Source: an uncultured Armatimonadetes bacterium (GTDB lineage Bacteria; Armatimonadota; Hebobacteria; Hebobacterales; Hebobacteraceae). Taken from it: 64,000 bases of DNA. A program made the position numbers and the translations under genes. Below are positions 30,028 to 40,047 of this stretch, in pieces; within the stretch, counting starts at the first letter, position 1; each line of letters begins with the position of its first letter. Where the stretch lies: NCBI GenBank assembly GCA_963716175.1, contig OY970296.1, positions 4,032,001 to 4,096,000 of the forward strand, read 5' to 3'. The notes under the pieces are model-generated. The model did not search any database and was not told the DNA's origin. It saw only the letters and a list, made by a program, of their open reading frames with translations.

Positions 30028-31827
30028 ATGCGCCAAGTGATCCGGACCCTGGCCGCCACTCTGCTCTTCGCAGCAGGCCTCTGCCTCGAGGCCCAGGCGG
30101 CCAGCACGCTGGTGTTCAAGGTGGTGGCGGTGCAGGGGAAGACGGGCGTGGCCGGTCGCATTTACGCCGGCTCAGAGTCAGTGATGACCCTGGGCGGCTA
30201 TGGCTGGAAATCCATCGAGGCGGCGCGAGACGTCGCCCACAGACTGAACGCGCTGGCCGACGAAGGGCTGCGCCCGGACGAAGTCAGCATCTGGACTGAG
30301 CGCAGGACTCACCTGCTGATGGCCCGGGGCGAGCGCATCGTCACCGTTGACAAGGTCGTTGCCAAAGCCCAGGGCGCGGACCGGGCCTCGCTGGCGCGAG
30401 CCTGGGCACAGAACCTGCGCGCTCAGTTCGGCCGGCCCTACCTGGCGGCCGCGCCGGTGCTGGTGCCAGTAGGTGAGACGCGGGCCGCCCCGGTGAGAGG
30501 CAACATCGCGGGGGATCTGCTGGTCGCAGCGGCGGCGCCGTTCGTGAGCGCCACCTGGGACAAGTCCGCCAAGCAAGTTCGCGTGCTCGGGCTGCAGCCC
30601 GGGCGCACGGAGCTGATCCTGGAGGACAGGGAGAATGTGCTGCGAGTGCCGGTCCGCGCGGCCAAGTACGCAGCCCAGCTCGTGGCTTCGATCCCCGCCG
30701 CGGTCACTGGAAGCCCGGCCTCCCCGGAGCTGGTGGCGCGGGCGGCGAGGGCGGCGGTGGGCGCCGGTCTCAGCGCCGAGCCGGGGGCCTGGATCAGCGT
30801 CACGCCATCGGTCAAAGGCACCGGCAGTCTGTGGCCGGGCAAGTCAGTGGCGGTGCCGACGCAGATCTCGGCCGCAGGCCCCGAGTATCTCTCCTATCGC
30901 GCCACGCCGGCCGTGCCCGTCCGCAACGAAGTCGTGGCCACGGGCCCGGCCAACCTGCTGATGGTCAGCAACTACCCCGAGCGCCTGCGCAGCCATGGGC
31001 TCTGGTTCGAAGGGAAGATCAAGGACTCGGATTCGATCCGATTCCTCTACCATCATGTCAACGCCACCCGCGACAGCGCCGATCTGGTGGTGGAGCTGTG
31101 GAATCTGGGCGAGGAGACGGCCCGGGTGCAGGTGGTGGCAGGGCTGGCGGGGCCTTCCTACGATGAGGCTTGGGTGGGACATCGGGCGGCGAGCGAGTTC
31201 CTGGTGGACCGCGCCGCGAATGCGGGCTGGGTGGTGCCGGCGCCCGCAGGCGCGGCGACTCCGGTGGTGGCGCAGCGGATGCCTCCGGGCTCGGTGGTGA
31301 GCGGCATTCTCGAGTTCCGCGCTCTGGGTCCGGCCAACCTCAGCCTGCGGCTCTACCTCGCCCCCTCCCTCTCCCAGCGACTGCCGCGCCGCATCGAGAG
31401 CTATGCGGAGTCCCCACTGCTGGGCCAGTGGCATTACCCCCAGCCGCGTCGGGAGGTGCGGGCCCGCTACGAGGTGGGCAGGGACTGGGCTTTCATCACC
31501 ATCGGGGACAAGGCGGCCCCCGGGCTGGTGGCCGGGGATCAGCTCGCAGGTAGCTACGGCGTGATGTACGACATTGAGCTGGACCTGGCCAATCCCACGA
31601 GCGAGGCCGCGCGGGTGGCCGTCCTGCTGGAGCCGGCCGGAGGCCCGGCGCGGGGGGCGCTGCTGGTGGATGGTCAGCCAGTGGAGACTGCGCTCCTGAG
31701 CAAGAACGCCGAGGGCCTGGTGGCGCGTTACCTGCTGGCCCCTGGGGAGACGAGACGGGTGCACATCCAGACTCTGCCGCAGGGGGGGTCGAACTATCCA
31801 GTGCGACTGGTGGCGCGGCCCAACTAA
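30028..31827 (+). CDS. Secreted hypothetical protein
   Basis: Long ORF with signal peptide and host-like codon usage. Confidence 0.7.
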   Translation: MRQVIRTLAATLLFAAGLCLEAQAASTLVFKVVAVQGKTGVAGRIYAGSESVMTLGGYGWKSIEAARDVAHRLNALADEGLRPDEVSIWTERRTHLLMARGERIVTVDKVVAKAQGADRASLARAWAQNLRAQFGRPYLAAAPVLVPVGETRAAPVRGNIAGDLLVAAAAPFVSATWDKSAKQVRVLGLQPGRTELILEDRENVLRVPVRAAKYAAQLVASIPAAVTGSPASPELVARAARAAVGAGLSAEPGAWISVTPSVKGTGSLWPGKSVAVPTQISAAGPEYLSYRATPAVPVRNEVVATGPANLLMVSNYPERLRSHGLWFEGKIKDSDSIRFLYHHVNATRDSADLVVELWNLGEETARVQVVAGLAGPSYDEAWVGHRAASEFLVDRAANAGWVVPAPAGAATPVVAQRMPPGSVVSGILEFRALGPANLSLRLYLAPSLSQRLPRRIESYAESPLLGQWHYPQPRREVRARYEVGRDWAFITIGDKAAPGLVAGDQLAGSYGVMYDIELDLANPTSEAARVAVLLEPAGGPARGALLVDGQPVETALLSKNAEGLVARYLLAPGETRRVHIQTLPQGGSNYPVRLVARPN

Positions 31828-31870
31828 CCGCGCCCGCCCAAGCCCGGCGTCTCGCCGTTCCGCTATCCCG

Positions 31871-32743
31871 TTGTGCTGGCTGGCCGCCCTGTCTGCCGCC
31901 GCGCTCGCCGCGTCACCAGCCGCGCTCCCGCGGCTGATCGCGAGCCAGTATGCGCAAGTCTATGCCGAGCCGAGCGCCAGTGAGGTGGCGACGCGGGTGG
32001 CGGCCCTGATAGATGCAGCAGTGCCGCGGATCGCGCCCCTGGTGGGAACCCGGGACCTGCGTCCGATCCCGACCTTCGTCTACCTGGACCGGGCGGAGTT
32101 TGAGGCGGCGGCGCCGATGGCGGCTCACTCCCCGGTCGTAGGAGTGGCCAGCTACCCGCCCGGGGTGATACACATTGACGGCAGCGGGCGGCTGGCCTCC
32201 ATCGAGAAAGTCGTCCCCCATGAAGTAGCGCACGTCATGGTGGGGCGGGCGATGGGTCCCGCCCTGTCCGCCCTTCCCACCTGGGTGAACGAGGGCGTGG
32301 CCGAGTATGCCGCAGGCGAGCGCGCTTCTCAGGTTGATCCCGTCACCCTCCAGGCCGTGGGCCGGGGAGAATCACTCCCGCTGTCGGAGCTTGACCGCAG
32401 CTTCGAACGTGGTGGGGCGGGCCGATCGCTCGCCTATGCAGAAGCGGCCTCGGTGGTGAACTTCCTGGTGGCGGCGCGCGGGCCGCGGGCGATCGCGGAA
32501 CTGCTGTCCGCCACCCGCAGGCAGGGGGATTTCGAGTCTGCGGTGAAGCAGGTGACCGGCTGGAGCAGCCAGGAGCTCGAATCCGCCTGGCGTCGGTCTG
32601 TGGCTCGGCGGTGGCGCTGGCCTCTGCTGCTGGGATCACCCGCGGTGCCCTTTGGCCTGATGTTGCTCATCTTCATCGTGGGCTATCTGCGTTACCGTCG
32701 AGAGCGGCGGCGCAGGCAGGAGATGGAGGAGAGAGACTGGTAG
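31871..32743 (+). CDS. Peptidase MA-like gluzincin metalloprotease with C-terminal TM helix
   Basis: HEVAH...P.W.NEG.AEY motif. Confidence 0.82.
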   Translation: MCWLAALSAAALAASPAALPRLIASQYAQVYAEPSASEVATRVAALIDAAVPRIAPLVGTRDLRPIPTFVYLDRAEFEAAAPMAAHSPVVGVASYPPGVIHIDGSGRLASIEKVVPHEVAHVMVGRAMGPALSALPTWVNEGVAEYAAGERASQVDPVTLQAVGRGESLPLSELDRSFERGGAGRSLAYAEAASVVNFLVAARGPRAIAELLSATRRQGDFESAVKQVTGWSSQELESAWRRSVARRWRWPLLLGSPAVPFGLMLLIFIVGYLRYRRERRRRQEMEERDW

Positions 32744-32776
32744 AGGAGGCGCAGCAACTGGACTATCTGGAGGCGA

Positions 32777-33709
32777 GTGAAGGTGAGCGCGGGAAGCGAC
32801 ATCACGCCGGCGCAGGCCGCGCCGCTCCGCTGGTCGGCGCGCAGGCCGGCCAGAGCGGCGCTGATTTACGTCATCGCCTACCTCCTGCTGTCGGCGGGAG
32901 GCGGCGAGCTTTCGAAGCTCAGCCTGCGCACCATTCCCCTGGCGGCGGGCACGCTGCTGGTGGCGACGGGCATTCTGGTGTTGTCACTGCTGCTGCTGCT
33001 CAGCCTCTGCCGCCTGGAGATGCGCCCTGGCTTGGAGGCGGCCTGGGTCATCGGGATGATGGTGGTCTTCGCGCTCGCCCGGCCCGAGGTGTTCGCCATC
33101 ACCGGGCGCTGGCTGGGGCAGCCGGCAAGGGGAAGGCAGATCACCGAGCTGCTCCTGGTCAGCCCGAAGCAGCAGCTCTTCGGCAACATCGCGCTCATTG
33201 TGTGGGCGGCGTTTCTGGGGCGACTGGTGTCCCGGGTGATCCGAGAGGGGAAGCTGCTGCTGCCGGTGGCCGTGGTGGCCTCCATCGCCGACATCATCAC
33301 CGTGTTCTGGGGAGTGGTGGCCCATCTCACCAGCAAGGCGCCGGAGCTGGTGGAGGCTCTCAGCGCCCAGGCCCCGGTGGCAGCGCCGGCGGCGCTGCCG
33401 CTGCCCATCCTGACCTCGGTCGGAATCGGTGATTTCCTGTTTCTGGCGATATTCCTGGCGGTCGCCCTGCGCCATCAGATGAACGCGGTGAAAGCGATGT
33501 GGGCCACCCTGGTGCTGGTGCTGATCGCGCCGGTGACCTTTCTCATCTGGCCTCGGGCGCCGGGCATGCCCGGCCTCCCGTTCATCTCCATCGGGGTGTT
33601 GAGCGCGAACTGGCGCCATTTGAGGTTCACCCGCGAGGAGAAACGCGCGCTGCTCTTCGCGAGCGTGCTGGTCGCGGTGGTAATAGCGTGGTTGGTGCTG
33701 CGGCATTGA
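32777..33709 (+). CDS. Polytopic membrane protein, GxGD (presenilin/SPP-like) aspartyl protease candidate
   Basis: About 9 TM segments; IADIITV, GIGDF and MPGLPF motifs in presenilin order. Confidence 0.65.
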   Translation: MKVSAGSDITPAQAAPLRWSARRPARAALIYVIAYLLLSAGGGELSKLSLRTIPLAAGTLLVATGILVLSLLLLLSLCRLEMRPGLEAAWVIGMMVVFALARPEVFAITGRWLGQPARGRQITELLLVSPKQQLFGNIALIVWAAFLGRLVSRVIREGKLLLPVAVVASIADIITVFWGVVAHLTSKAPELVEALSAQAPVAAPAALPLPILTSVGIGDFLFLAIFLAVALRHQMNAVKAMWATLVLVLIAPVTFLIWPRAPGMPGLPFISIGVLSANWRHLRFTREEKRALLFASVLVAVVIAWLVLRH

Positions 33710-33756
33710 CGGCCGGCTGACGCGCCCGCTCGCCTCCAGCGAGGAGACGGAGAAAC

Positions 33757-36374
33757 GTGGACGAGCACTATCACCCTGAAGGGATCGAACCGAAATGGCA
33801 GCAGTGCTGGGCGGAACAGCAGCTCTACCGCACTCGTGAGGACCCCTCGCGGCCCAAGTTCTACTGCCTGGAGATGTTCCCCTACCCCAGCGGCGATGTC
33901 CACGTGGGGCACGTGCGCAACTATAGCATCGGCGATGCGGTGGCCCGCTATCATCGGATGCGCGGCTATAACGTGCTCTACCCCATGGGCTTTGACGCGT
34001 TTGGCCAGCCGGCGGAGCAGGCGGCCGTGCAGCGCAACGCTCATCCCGCGAAATGGACCTATGAATGCATTGACCGCATGCGCCGCCAGTTCCGGCAGCT
34101 CGGCAACAGCTACGACTGGGACCGAGAGGTAGTAACCTGCGACCCCGCCTACTACCGCTGGAACCAGTGGTTCTTCCTCAAGTTCCTGGAGCGCGGCCTG
34201 GCCTATCGCGCCGAAGCCCCGGTGAACTGGTGCCCCACCTGCCAGTTCGTGCTCTCCGACGAGGAGGCGCGCGGCGGCAAGTGTTGGCGTTGCGGCGGCC
34301 CGGTGGGCAAGGAGCTGCGCGAGCAGTGGTTCTTCCGGATCACCTCCTATGCCGACCGGCTGCTCGATGACCTCCAGAAGCTGACGGAGTGGCCCGAGCG
34401 AGTGCGGGTGATGCAGGCGAACTGGATCGGGCGCAGCGAGGGAGTGGAGTTCGAGTTCGCGGTGGCCGGTCGGGAGGACACGATCCGCGTCTTCACCACT
34501 CGCATAGACACGGTTTTCGGGGTCACCTATGTCGTGCTCGCCCCCGAGCATCCCCTGGTGGATCACATCGTCGCCGCGAGACAGCGCGCGGCGGTGGCCG
34601 CCTATCGCGAACGGGTTGCCTCGCGCACCAATGTTGAGCGCATCTCCGAGGCGACCCGCGATGGCGTTCCTCTCGGCGTGGAGGCCGTCAACCCCGCGAA
34701 CGGCGAGCGCATCCCGGTGTGGACCGCCGACTACGTGCTGCTGGAGTACGGCACCGGCGCCATCATGGCCGTCCCCGCCCACGATCAGCGGGACCTGGAG
34801 TTCGCCCGCGCCAACGGGCTTCCCGTGCGCGTGGTGATCCAGCCCCCGGACCACCAACTCGATCCGGCCAGCATGCCGGCCGCCTACATCGAGCCGGGGG
34901 TGCAAGCGAACTCCGGCCGGTTCGACGGCCTGCCTAGCGAAGAGGCCAAGATCAAGATCGCGGAGTGGTTCGAGAGCCGCGGTGTCGGCGGGCGGAAAGT
35001 CAATTACCGGCTGCGCGACTGGTTGGTCTCCCGCCAACGCTACTGGGGCACGCCCATCCCCATCATTTACTGCGATACTCACGGCGCCGTCCCGGTCCCC
35101 GAGTCCGATCTGCCGGTCGTGTTGCCGACCGATCTGCCCTTCAAGTCCACCGGCTCGGTTCTCCCTGAAGCCGATTCTTTCGTGCGCACCACTTGCCCCA
35201 AATGTGGCGGCCCGGCGCGCCGCGAGACCGACACCATGGCCCAGTGGATCGAGTCCTGCTGGTATTTCCTGCGCTACGCGGACCCCCACAACGATCAGGC
35301 TCCCTTCCGGCGCGAGGTGGCGGACGCGTGGATGCCGGTGGACAATTACTTCGGCGGCATCGAGCACGCGGTGCTGCATCTGTTCTACTCGCGCTTCTTC
35401 ACCAAGGTGCTGCGTGACCTTGGGATGATCAACGTCGGAGAGCCTTTCCGGCGCTACTTCGCTCATGGCATGGTCCTCCTGGACGGAGCCGTGATGAGCA
35501 AGTCGCGGGGGGAGTGGGCCCGGATGAGATGATTGCCCGCTATGGCGCGGACGCGCTGCGCACCTACGTGCTCTTCATGGGGCCACCGGAGGCGGAGGCG
35601 GACTGGAACGCGGGCGGCATCGAAGGCATCTCCCGCTTCCTCAACCGGGCCTGGCGCGCGGTGGTGGGCCGCCTCGAGCGCTTCGAGCCTGACTGGAAGC
35701 AGTGCTTCTGTAGGGCTGGCATGTCGGACGCCCGTGGACAACGGGCGAACGCATGCCAGCCGCCCGCCCCGCAACCACCTGCGGCGGGCATGCCTCGGGC
35801 GTCTCCGACGCCTTCGGACATGCCCGCCCTACAGCTAGGCCCCGCCGCCATCGCCCTCCGTCGCAAGACCCACCAGACCATCCAGCGGGTGAGCGCCGAC
35901 ATCGAGCGCTTCCATTTCAACACCGCCATCAGCGCCATGATGGAACTGGTCAACGCCATGACCGAGCTGGGAGCGGAGGCCGAACAGCCCGATGTGCGAT
36001 CCGCCTACTCCGAGGCCTGCGAGCAGCTCACGCTGCTGCTGGCGCCTTTCGCACCCCACCTGGCAGAGGAGCTGTGGCAGCGCCTGGGCCATGCCCAGAG
36101 CGTGCACCTGGCGACCTGGCCGACGTGGGACGAGGAGGCGGCGGCGGAGAAGCAGATCACGGTGGTGGTGCAAGTGAACGGCCGGCTGCGGGAGCGCCTC
36201 ACGGTTTCCCCCGGCACGCCGGAGGAGACGCTCCGGGCCCAGGCGTTGGCGTCGCCGCGGGTCCAGCCCTATCTTCAGGGCAAGTCGGTGCTCCAGGTGG
36301 TGGTGGTCCCTGATAAGCTGGTCAACATCGTAGCCACTGCGGCGACACCGAAGGATCGCCGCACCATCACGTGA
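33757..36374 (+). CDS. leuS: Leucine--tRNA ligase, frameshift near 35510 and in-frame REPIN insertion
   Basis: MFPYPSG..HVGH, YGTGAIMAVPAHD, GG.EHA.LHL.Y.RF and MSKS; second frame YGADALR...FNTAISAMME...VVQVNG. Confidence 0.95.
35709..35833. repeat. REPIN inside the leuS coding sequence
   Basis: TGTAG-GGCTGGCATG...CATGCCAGCC ... GGCGGGCATG...CATGCCCGCC-CTACA. Confidence 0.88.
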
Positions 36375-36377
36375 GCG

Positions 36378-36881
36378 ATGGTCATGTTCTACCTCTCTCG
36401 CTCGGAACAGGTAGCGCTGTTTGCTCTGCTTGCCCTCCTGCTGGCCGGCGCCGGCCTGTTGGTCTATGAGCGAGGGGCGCGGGCCGGGCGGAGCGGAAGC
36501 GAGGGGCCGCTGTTCGTTGAGGCCGCCGGGCCGCGCCAGCTCGACAGCGGCGGCTCGGCGGGGCCGGCAAGCTCGCGCACGGGCCCTGAGCCTACCGCTC
36601 GGCCACTCGCGCGAGGAGCCGAACGCATATCGGACGAGAGCGGGGGCCGCGGAAAGCCGAGCAGACCCGGCCCGAGGCGCATCTCCCTGAACTCCGCCAG
36701 CGCAGATGAGCTCGAGTCGCTTCCCGGCATCGGGCCGGTTCTTGCCGGACGCATCATCGCCTATCGGGATCGCAGGAAGAAGGACACTGGACAGGGGTTC
36801 GCGAGCGTGGACGAGCTGCTGAACGTGTCAGGCATCGGGCCCAAACGCTTGGCGGCCCTGCGGGACTCCGTGGTGCCATGA
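36378..36881 (+). CDS. comEA: ComEA-family helix-hairpin-helix DNA-binding protein
   Basis: N-terminal TM; LNSAS..ELESLPGIGP.LA.RII.YR and VSGIGPK motifs. Confidence 0.85.
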   Translation: MVMFYLSRSEQVALFALLALLLAGAGLLVYERGARAGRSGSEGPLFVEAAGPRQLDSGGSAGPASSRTGPEPTARPLARGAERISDESGGRGKPSRPGPRRISLNSASADELESLPGIGPVLAGRIIAYRDRRKKDTGQGFASVDELLNVSGIGPKRLAALRDSVVP

Positions 36882-37040
36882 GCTGAGGAGGGGATTCTGT
36901 TCCGGCGTGCGCTGATTTGGAGTGAGAACTCGCGGGCGCTGGAAGGCGCGAGTGGCCAGTCCCTTGGGCCAATATCGTGACGTTCACCTGCACGGGAATC
37001 CGCCCCGCGGCTCGCCAATGCGGTATTATAGCTAGGGGCG

Positions 37041-39671
37041 TTGCGACTGTCAGTTACTGAGAGGGCCCCACGAATGGGTCTAGACGGCGCGTCCGGCGGG
37101 GTGAGGGCCCCCACCGCGGTACTGCTATCGGCGAGCGCACAGGTTCAGAGAGCCAAGAGCGCGGCCGCCGTGGCGCGAGCGGTGGTGGAGGCTGCAGCCG
37201 AGATCTGTGGGGCGCGGGGCGCGATCTGGTGGCATGCCTCCGATCGAGGCTTCAGCGCGAAGTTTTACCATGGTGCCGGGCTGGTGCCGGGGGCCTGCAG
37301 CATCGGCGGCGGCCTGCTCAAGTTGCGCAGCAGCAGCCCCTTCCTCAAGCTCTCTCGCCAGCGACCGGACCATGTCCAGTTTCTGGACCAGGTGGGCGCG
37401 GAGCAGGCGGTGGCGATCCCCGCCCAGGATGGGCGCCGGCGCCTGGGCCTGCTCACAGTGCACGACGGCAACTTCGAACAGACTCGGCTGGACCTCCTCG
37501 TAGTTCTCGTTCAGCAGGCCGCCATAGCACTGCGCTCTCTGGCGCTGGCGGAGGAGCGGCGGAAGACAGCAGAGCACGAGGCCCCGTCGCTGAGCTCATT
37601 GGGCCCCGCGCTCACTTCGGCGCTGAGTCTGGATGAGCTGCTGAGCATGGTGTGCCAGGCGGCGGCGCGTGCGATGGCCGCGCAGGCCTGCCTGCTGTTC
37701 CTGGGAGGAGATGAGGCCCAGCTTCGCCTGCGGGCCCAGACGCCGGCCACCCTCGCGGACGCGGGCCTCTCGGCCGGGCTGCTCCAGCTAGCCGAGCTCA
37801 CTCGCTCTCATCACGATGGCGAGATGGTGTGGCGCCGGGGAGGCCAGATACCCGAGGGCGTGTCGAAAGCGCTGGAAGCGGGCCGGTTTCAGAGCGCGCT
37901 AGGGGTGGCGCTCTCGATGCGAGGTGAGGCGATCGGAGCGCTGCTGCTGCTGGCAGAGGAGCAGCACGCGTTCCCGGCGCACCAGCGGCGGACGATGCTG
38001 TCCTTCGCCGCCCAGGCGGCAGTGGCGATCGAGAACCTGCAGCTCTTCGAGAGCATCCAGCACCGGCTGCTCGAGATGGCCGACCTCACCTGGGTGAGCA
38101 CCCGTGTCGCCTCCACTCACGATGCTACCAAGATCGCAGCCACCGTGGCGGAGGCGGCCTCCCGGGCTTTGGACGTGGGCCGGGTCGCAATCCTTGTGGC
38201 GGGGCCGGACGGGCGGTTTCACCCCATCCCCGAGGGACAGCACGGGGTGCCGCCAGATGGGGATGAGCTGCTGGCGGCGGAGGGCCACCTCGGCGCAGAG
38301 GCGCTTCGGTCGGGTTCACCCCAGGCGGTGGTGGACGCGGAGCAGGAGGGGCGGTCGGACGACGCGCTGGTGCAGTGGCTTCACGCCCGCTCTCTGCTCT
38401 GCGTGCCCATGACAGCTGAGCAGGGGCTGCGAGGGATCTTCGTGGTGGGCGACGAACGCCCCCGCACCTTCCGCTCCCATGCCGTGGCCCTGGTCTCCAA
38501 CTATGCCAATCAGGCCGCGCTGGCGCTGCAGAGTGCCATGCTCTACCAGGACGTCGTCCGCCACCTGAACCAGCTCTCGAAGCTGTTCGACGTTTCCCGC
38601 ACCCTCGCCTCCTCGCTGGAGCTAAGCGCGACCCTGGATGCAGTGCTGACCTCTGCCTCGGAGCTGCTGGAGGCTCCGGTCTGCTCGGTGATGCTGATGG
38701 ACCCCGAGCGCGGGGACCTGGTGATCAAGGCTGCCCGGGGATTCGGGCCGGACGACATCCTGTACGAGCCGGTCAAGCCGGGACAGGGCCTGGCCGGGCG
38801 CGCCGCCCAAAGCGGCCTGGCGCTGACTAGCAGCGACATCACTCGGGACGGCCGCTTCACCTTCCGGGAGCGGGCGCGGGAGGAGGGCCTGCACACTGCC
38901 ATCGCCGCTCCTCTGGTCGCCCGCGGGCACACCCTGGGTGTGCTCAACCTCTATCGGAAGGAGACTCAGGAGTTCACAGAGGACGACAAACGCCTGCTGA
39001 CGTCGCTGGCCAACAGCGCGGCGGTGGCGATCGAGAACGCCCATCTCTACCAGGAAGCCCAGGAACGGGCGCAGTTCCTGAGCGCCATGATGAGCGAGAT
39101 CAACCATCGCATTCGCAACACGCTGCAGGCGATCGCCGGCCTGCTGCGGATGGAGTTGGTGCGCCCGCACGTCTCGGCCGAAGCGGCGATCAAGCGGGGG
39201 ATCGCCCGCATCCAGAGCGCGGCCGTGGTGCACGAGCTGATGAGCGCGCGGGACATCCGGTTCGTGGACATGAAGCAGGTGGCGCGGCGCATCTTCCAGC
39301 TCACCTGCCAGTCCATTACCTGCGACCATCCCCTGACCGTGAACGTGACCGGCGCGCGCGTCATGCTCCCCTCGCAAAACGCCACCAGTGCAGCTCTGGT
39401 GATGGCCGAGCTGATTGACAACGCCATCCGCCATGGGCTGGCCGGGACCACCAACGGCCGCGTTGCCATCAGCCTGGCCGAGGGTGGTGGAGAAGTGGTG
39501 ATCCAGGTCCAGGACAACGGCGTGGGCTTGCCCGAGGGCTTCGATCTGGAGGCCACCTCCGGGATGGGGTTGAAGATCGTGCGGGGCCTGGTGGAGGATG
39601 AGCTGGGTGGCAAGGTGGAGGTGGAGACGCGAGACGGGCTGCTGGTGCGCGCTCGCTTTCCCAAAGTTTAG
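37041..39671 (+). CDS. Multi-GAF sensor histidine kinase (HisKA_2 type)
   Basis: Repeated QAA.AIEN GAF ends; EINHRIRNTLQ H-box; ELIDNA..HG, DNGVG and GMGL.IV boxes. Confidence 0.9.
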   Translation: MRLSVTERAPRMGLDGASGGVRAPTAVLLSASAQVQRAKSAAAVARAVVEAAAEICGARGAIWWHASDRGFSAKFYHGAGLVPGACSIGGGLLKLRSSSPFLKLSRQRPDHVQFLDQVGAEQAVAIPAQDGRRRLGLLTVHDGNFEQTRLDLLVVLVQQAAIALRSLALAEERRKTAEHEAPSLSSLGPALTSALSLDELLSMVCQAAARAMAAQACLLFLGGDEAQLRLRAQTPATLADAGLSAGLLQLAELTRSHHDGEMVWRRGGQIPEGVSKALEAGRFQSALGVALSMRGEAIGALLLLAEEQHAFPAHQRRTMLSFAAQAAVAIENLQLFESIQHRLLEMADLTWVSTRVASTHDATKIAATVAEAASRALDVGRVAILVAGPDGRFHPIPEGQHGVPPDGDELLAAEGHLGAEALRSGSPQAVVDAEQEGRSDDALVQWLHARSLLCVPMTAEQGLRGIFVVGDERPRTFRSHAVALVSNYANQAALALQSAMLYQDVVRHLNQLSKLFDVSRTLASSLELSATLDAVLTSASELLEAPVCSVMLMDPERGDLVIKAARGFGPDDILYEPVKPGQGLAGRAAQSGLALTSSDITRDGRFTFRERAREEGLHTAIAAPLVARGHTLGVLNLYRKETQEFTEDDKRLLTSLANSAAVAIENAHLYQEAQERAQFLSAMMSEINHRIRNTLQAIAGLLRMELVRPHVSAEAAIKRGIARIQSAAVVHELMSARDIRFVDMKQVARRIFQLTCQSITCDHPLTVNVTGARVMLPSQNATSAALVMAELIDNAIRHGLAGTTNGRVAISLAEGGGEVVIQVQDNGVGLPEGFDLEATSGMGLKIVRGLVEDELGGKVEVETRDGLLVRARFPKV

Positions 39672-39783
39672 GCGATAAATTGCCCAAGGAGCGGAGCCGG
39701 CTTGGAGGACGCGCTGATGCGGGGGAGAAAGCAGGGGCAACGGCAGTTGGTCTAGGCGTAACTACACGCTCAAGGGAGGTCGT

Positions 39784-40047
39784 GTGATGATCAGGATGGC
39801 GTGGTGTCTGTTGCTTCTGCTGCTCGCTGGCATGGTGATCGTCCTGGCGCCCCAGCCGGCGGCGGCGCAGGAGGGAGCGGCTGGAGGTGGGGAATATACC
39901 AATGTGTCTGGCCTGACGCCGTACGCCACAGAGGCCGACTATATGTCTCTGCCAGGCTACCTGCGGTGGCAGACCTATCTGGAGCAGAAGGTATGGATTT
40001 CAGTGCCGGAGGCGAAGCGCATCGTGGCGGAGCAGCTAGGCCAGTAG
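39784..40047 (+). CDS. Small secreted hypothetical protein
   Basis: GGAGGT RBS; signal peptide ending AAA-Q. Confidence 0.7.
   Translation: MMIRMAWCLLLLLLAGMVIVLAPQPAAAQEGAAGGGEYTNVSGLTPYATEADYMSLPGYLRWQTYLEQKVWISVPEAKRIVAEQLGQ

Noticed and set aside
35500-35530. Programmed frameshift or naturally split LeuRS
   Set aside because: The break removes conserved residues next to KMSKS and four other genes show similar indels, so an assembly error is more likely
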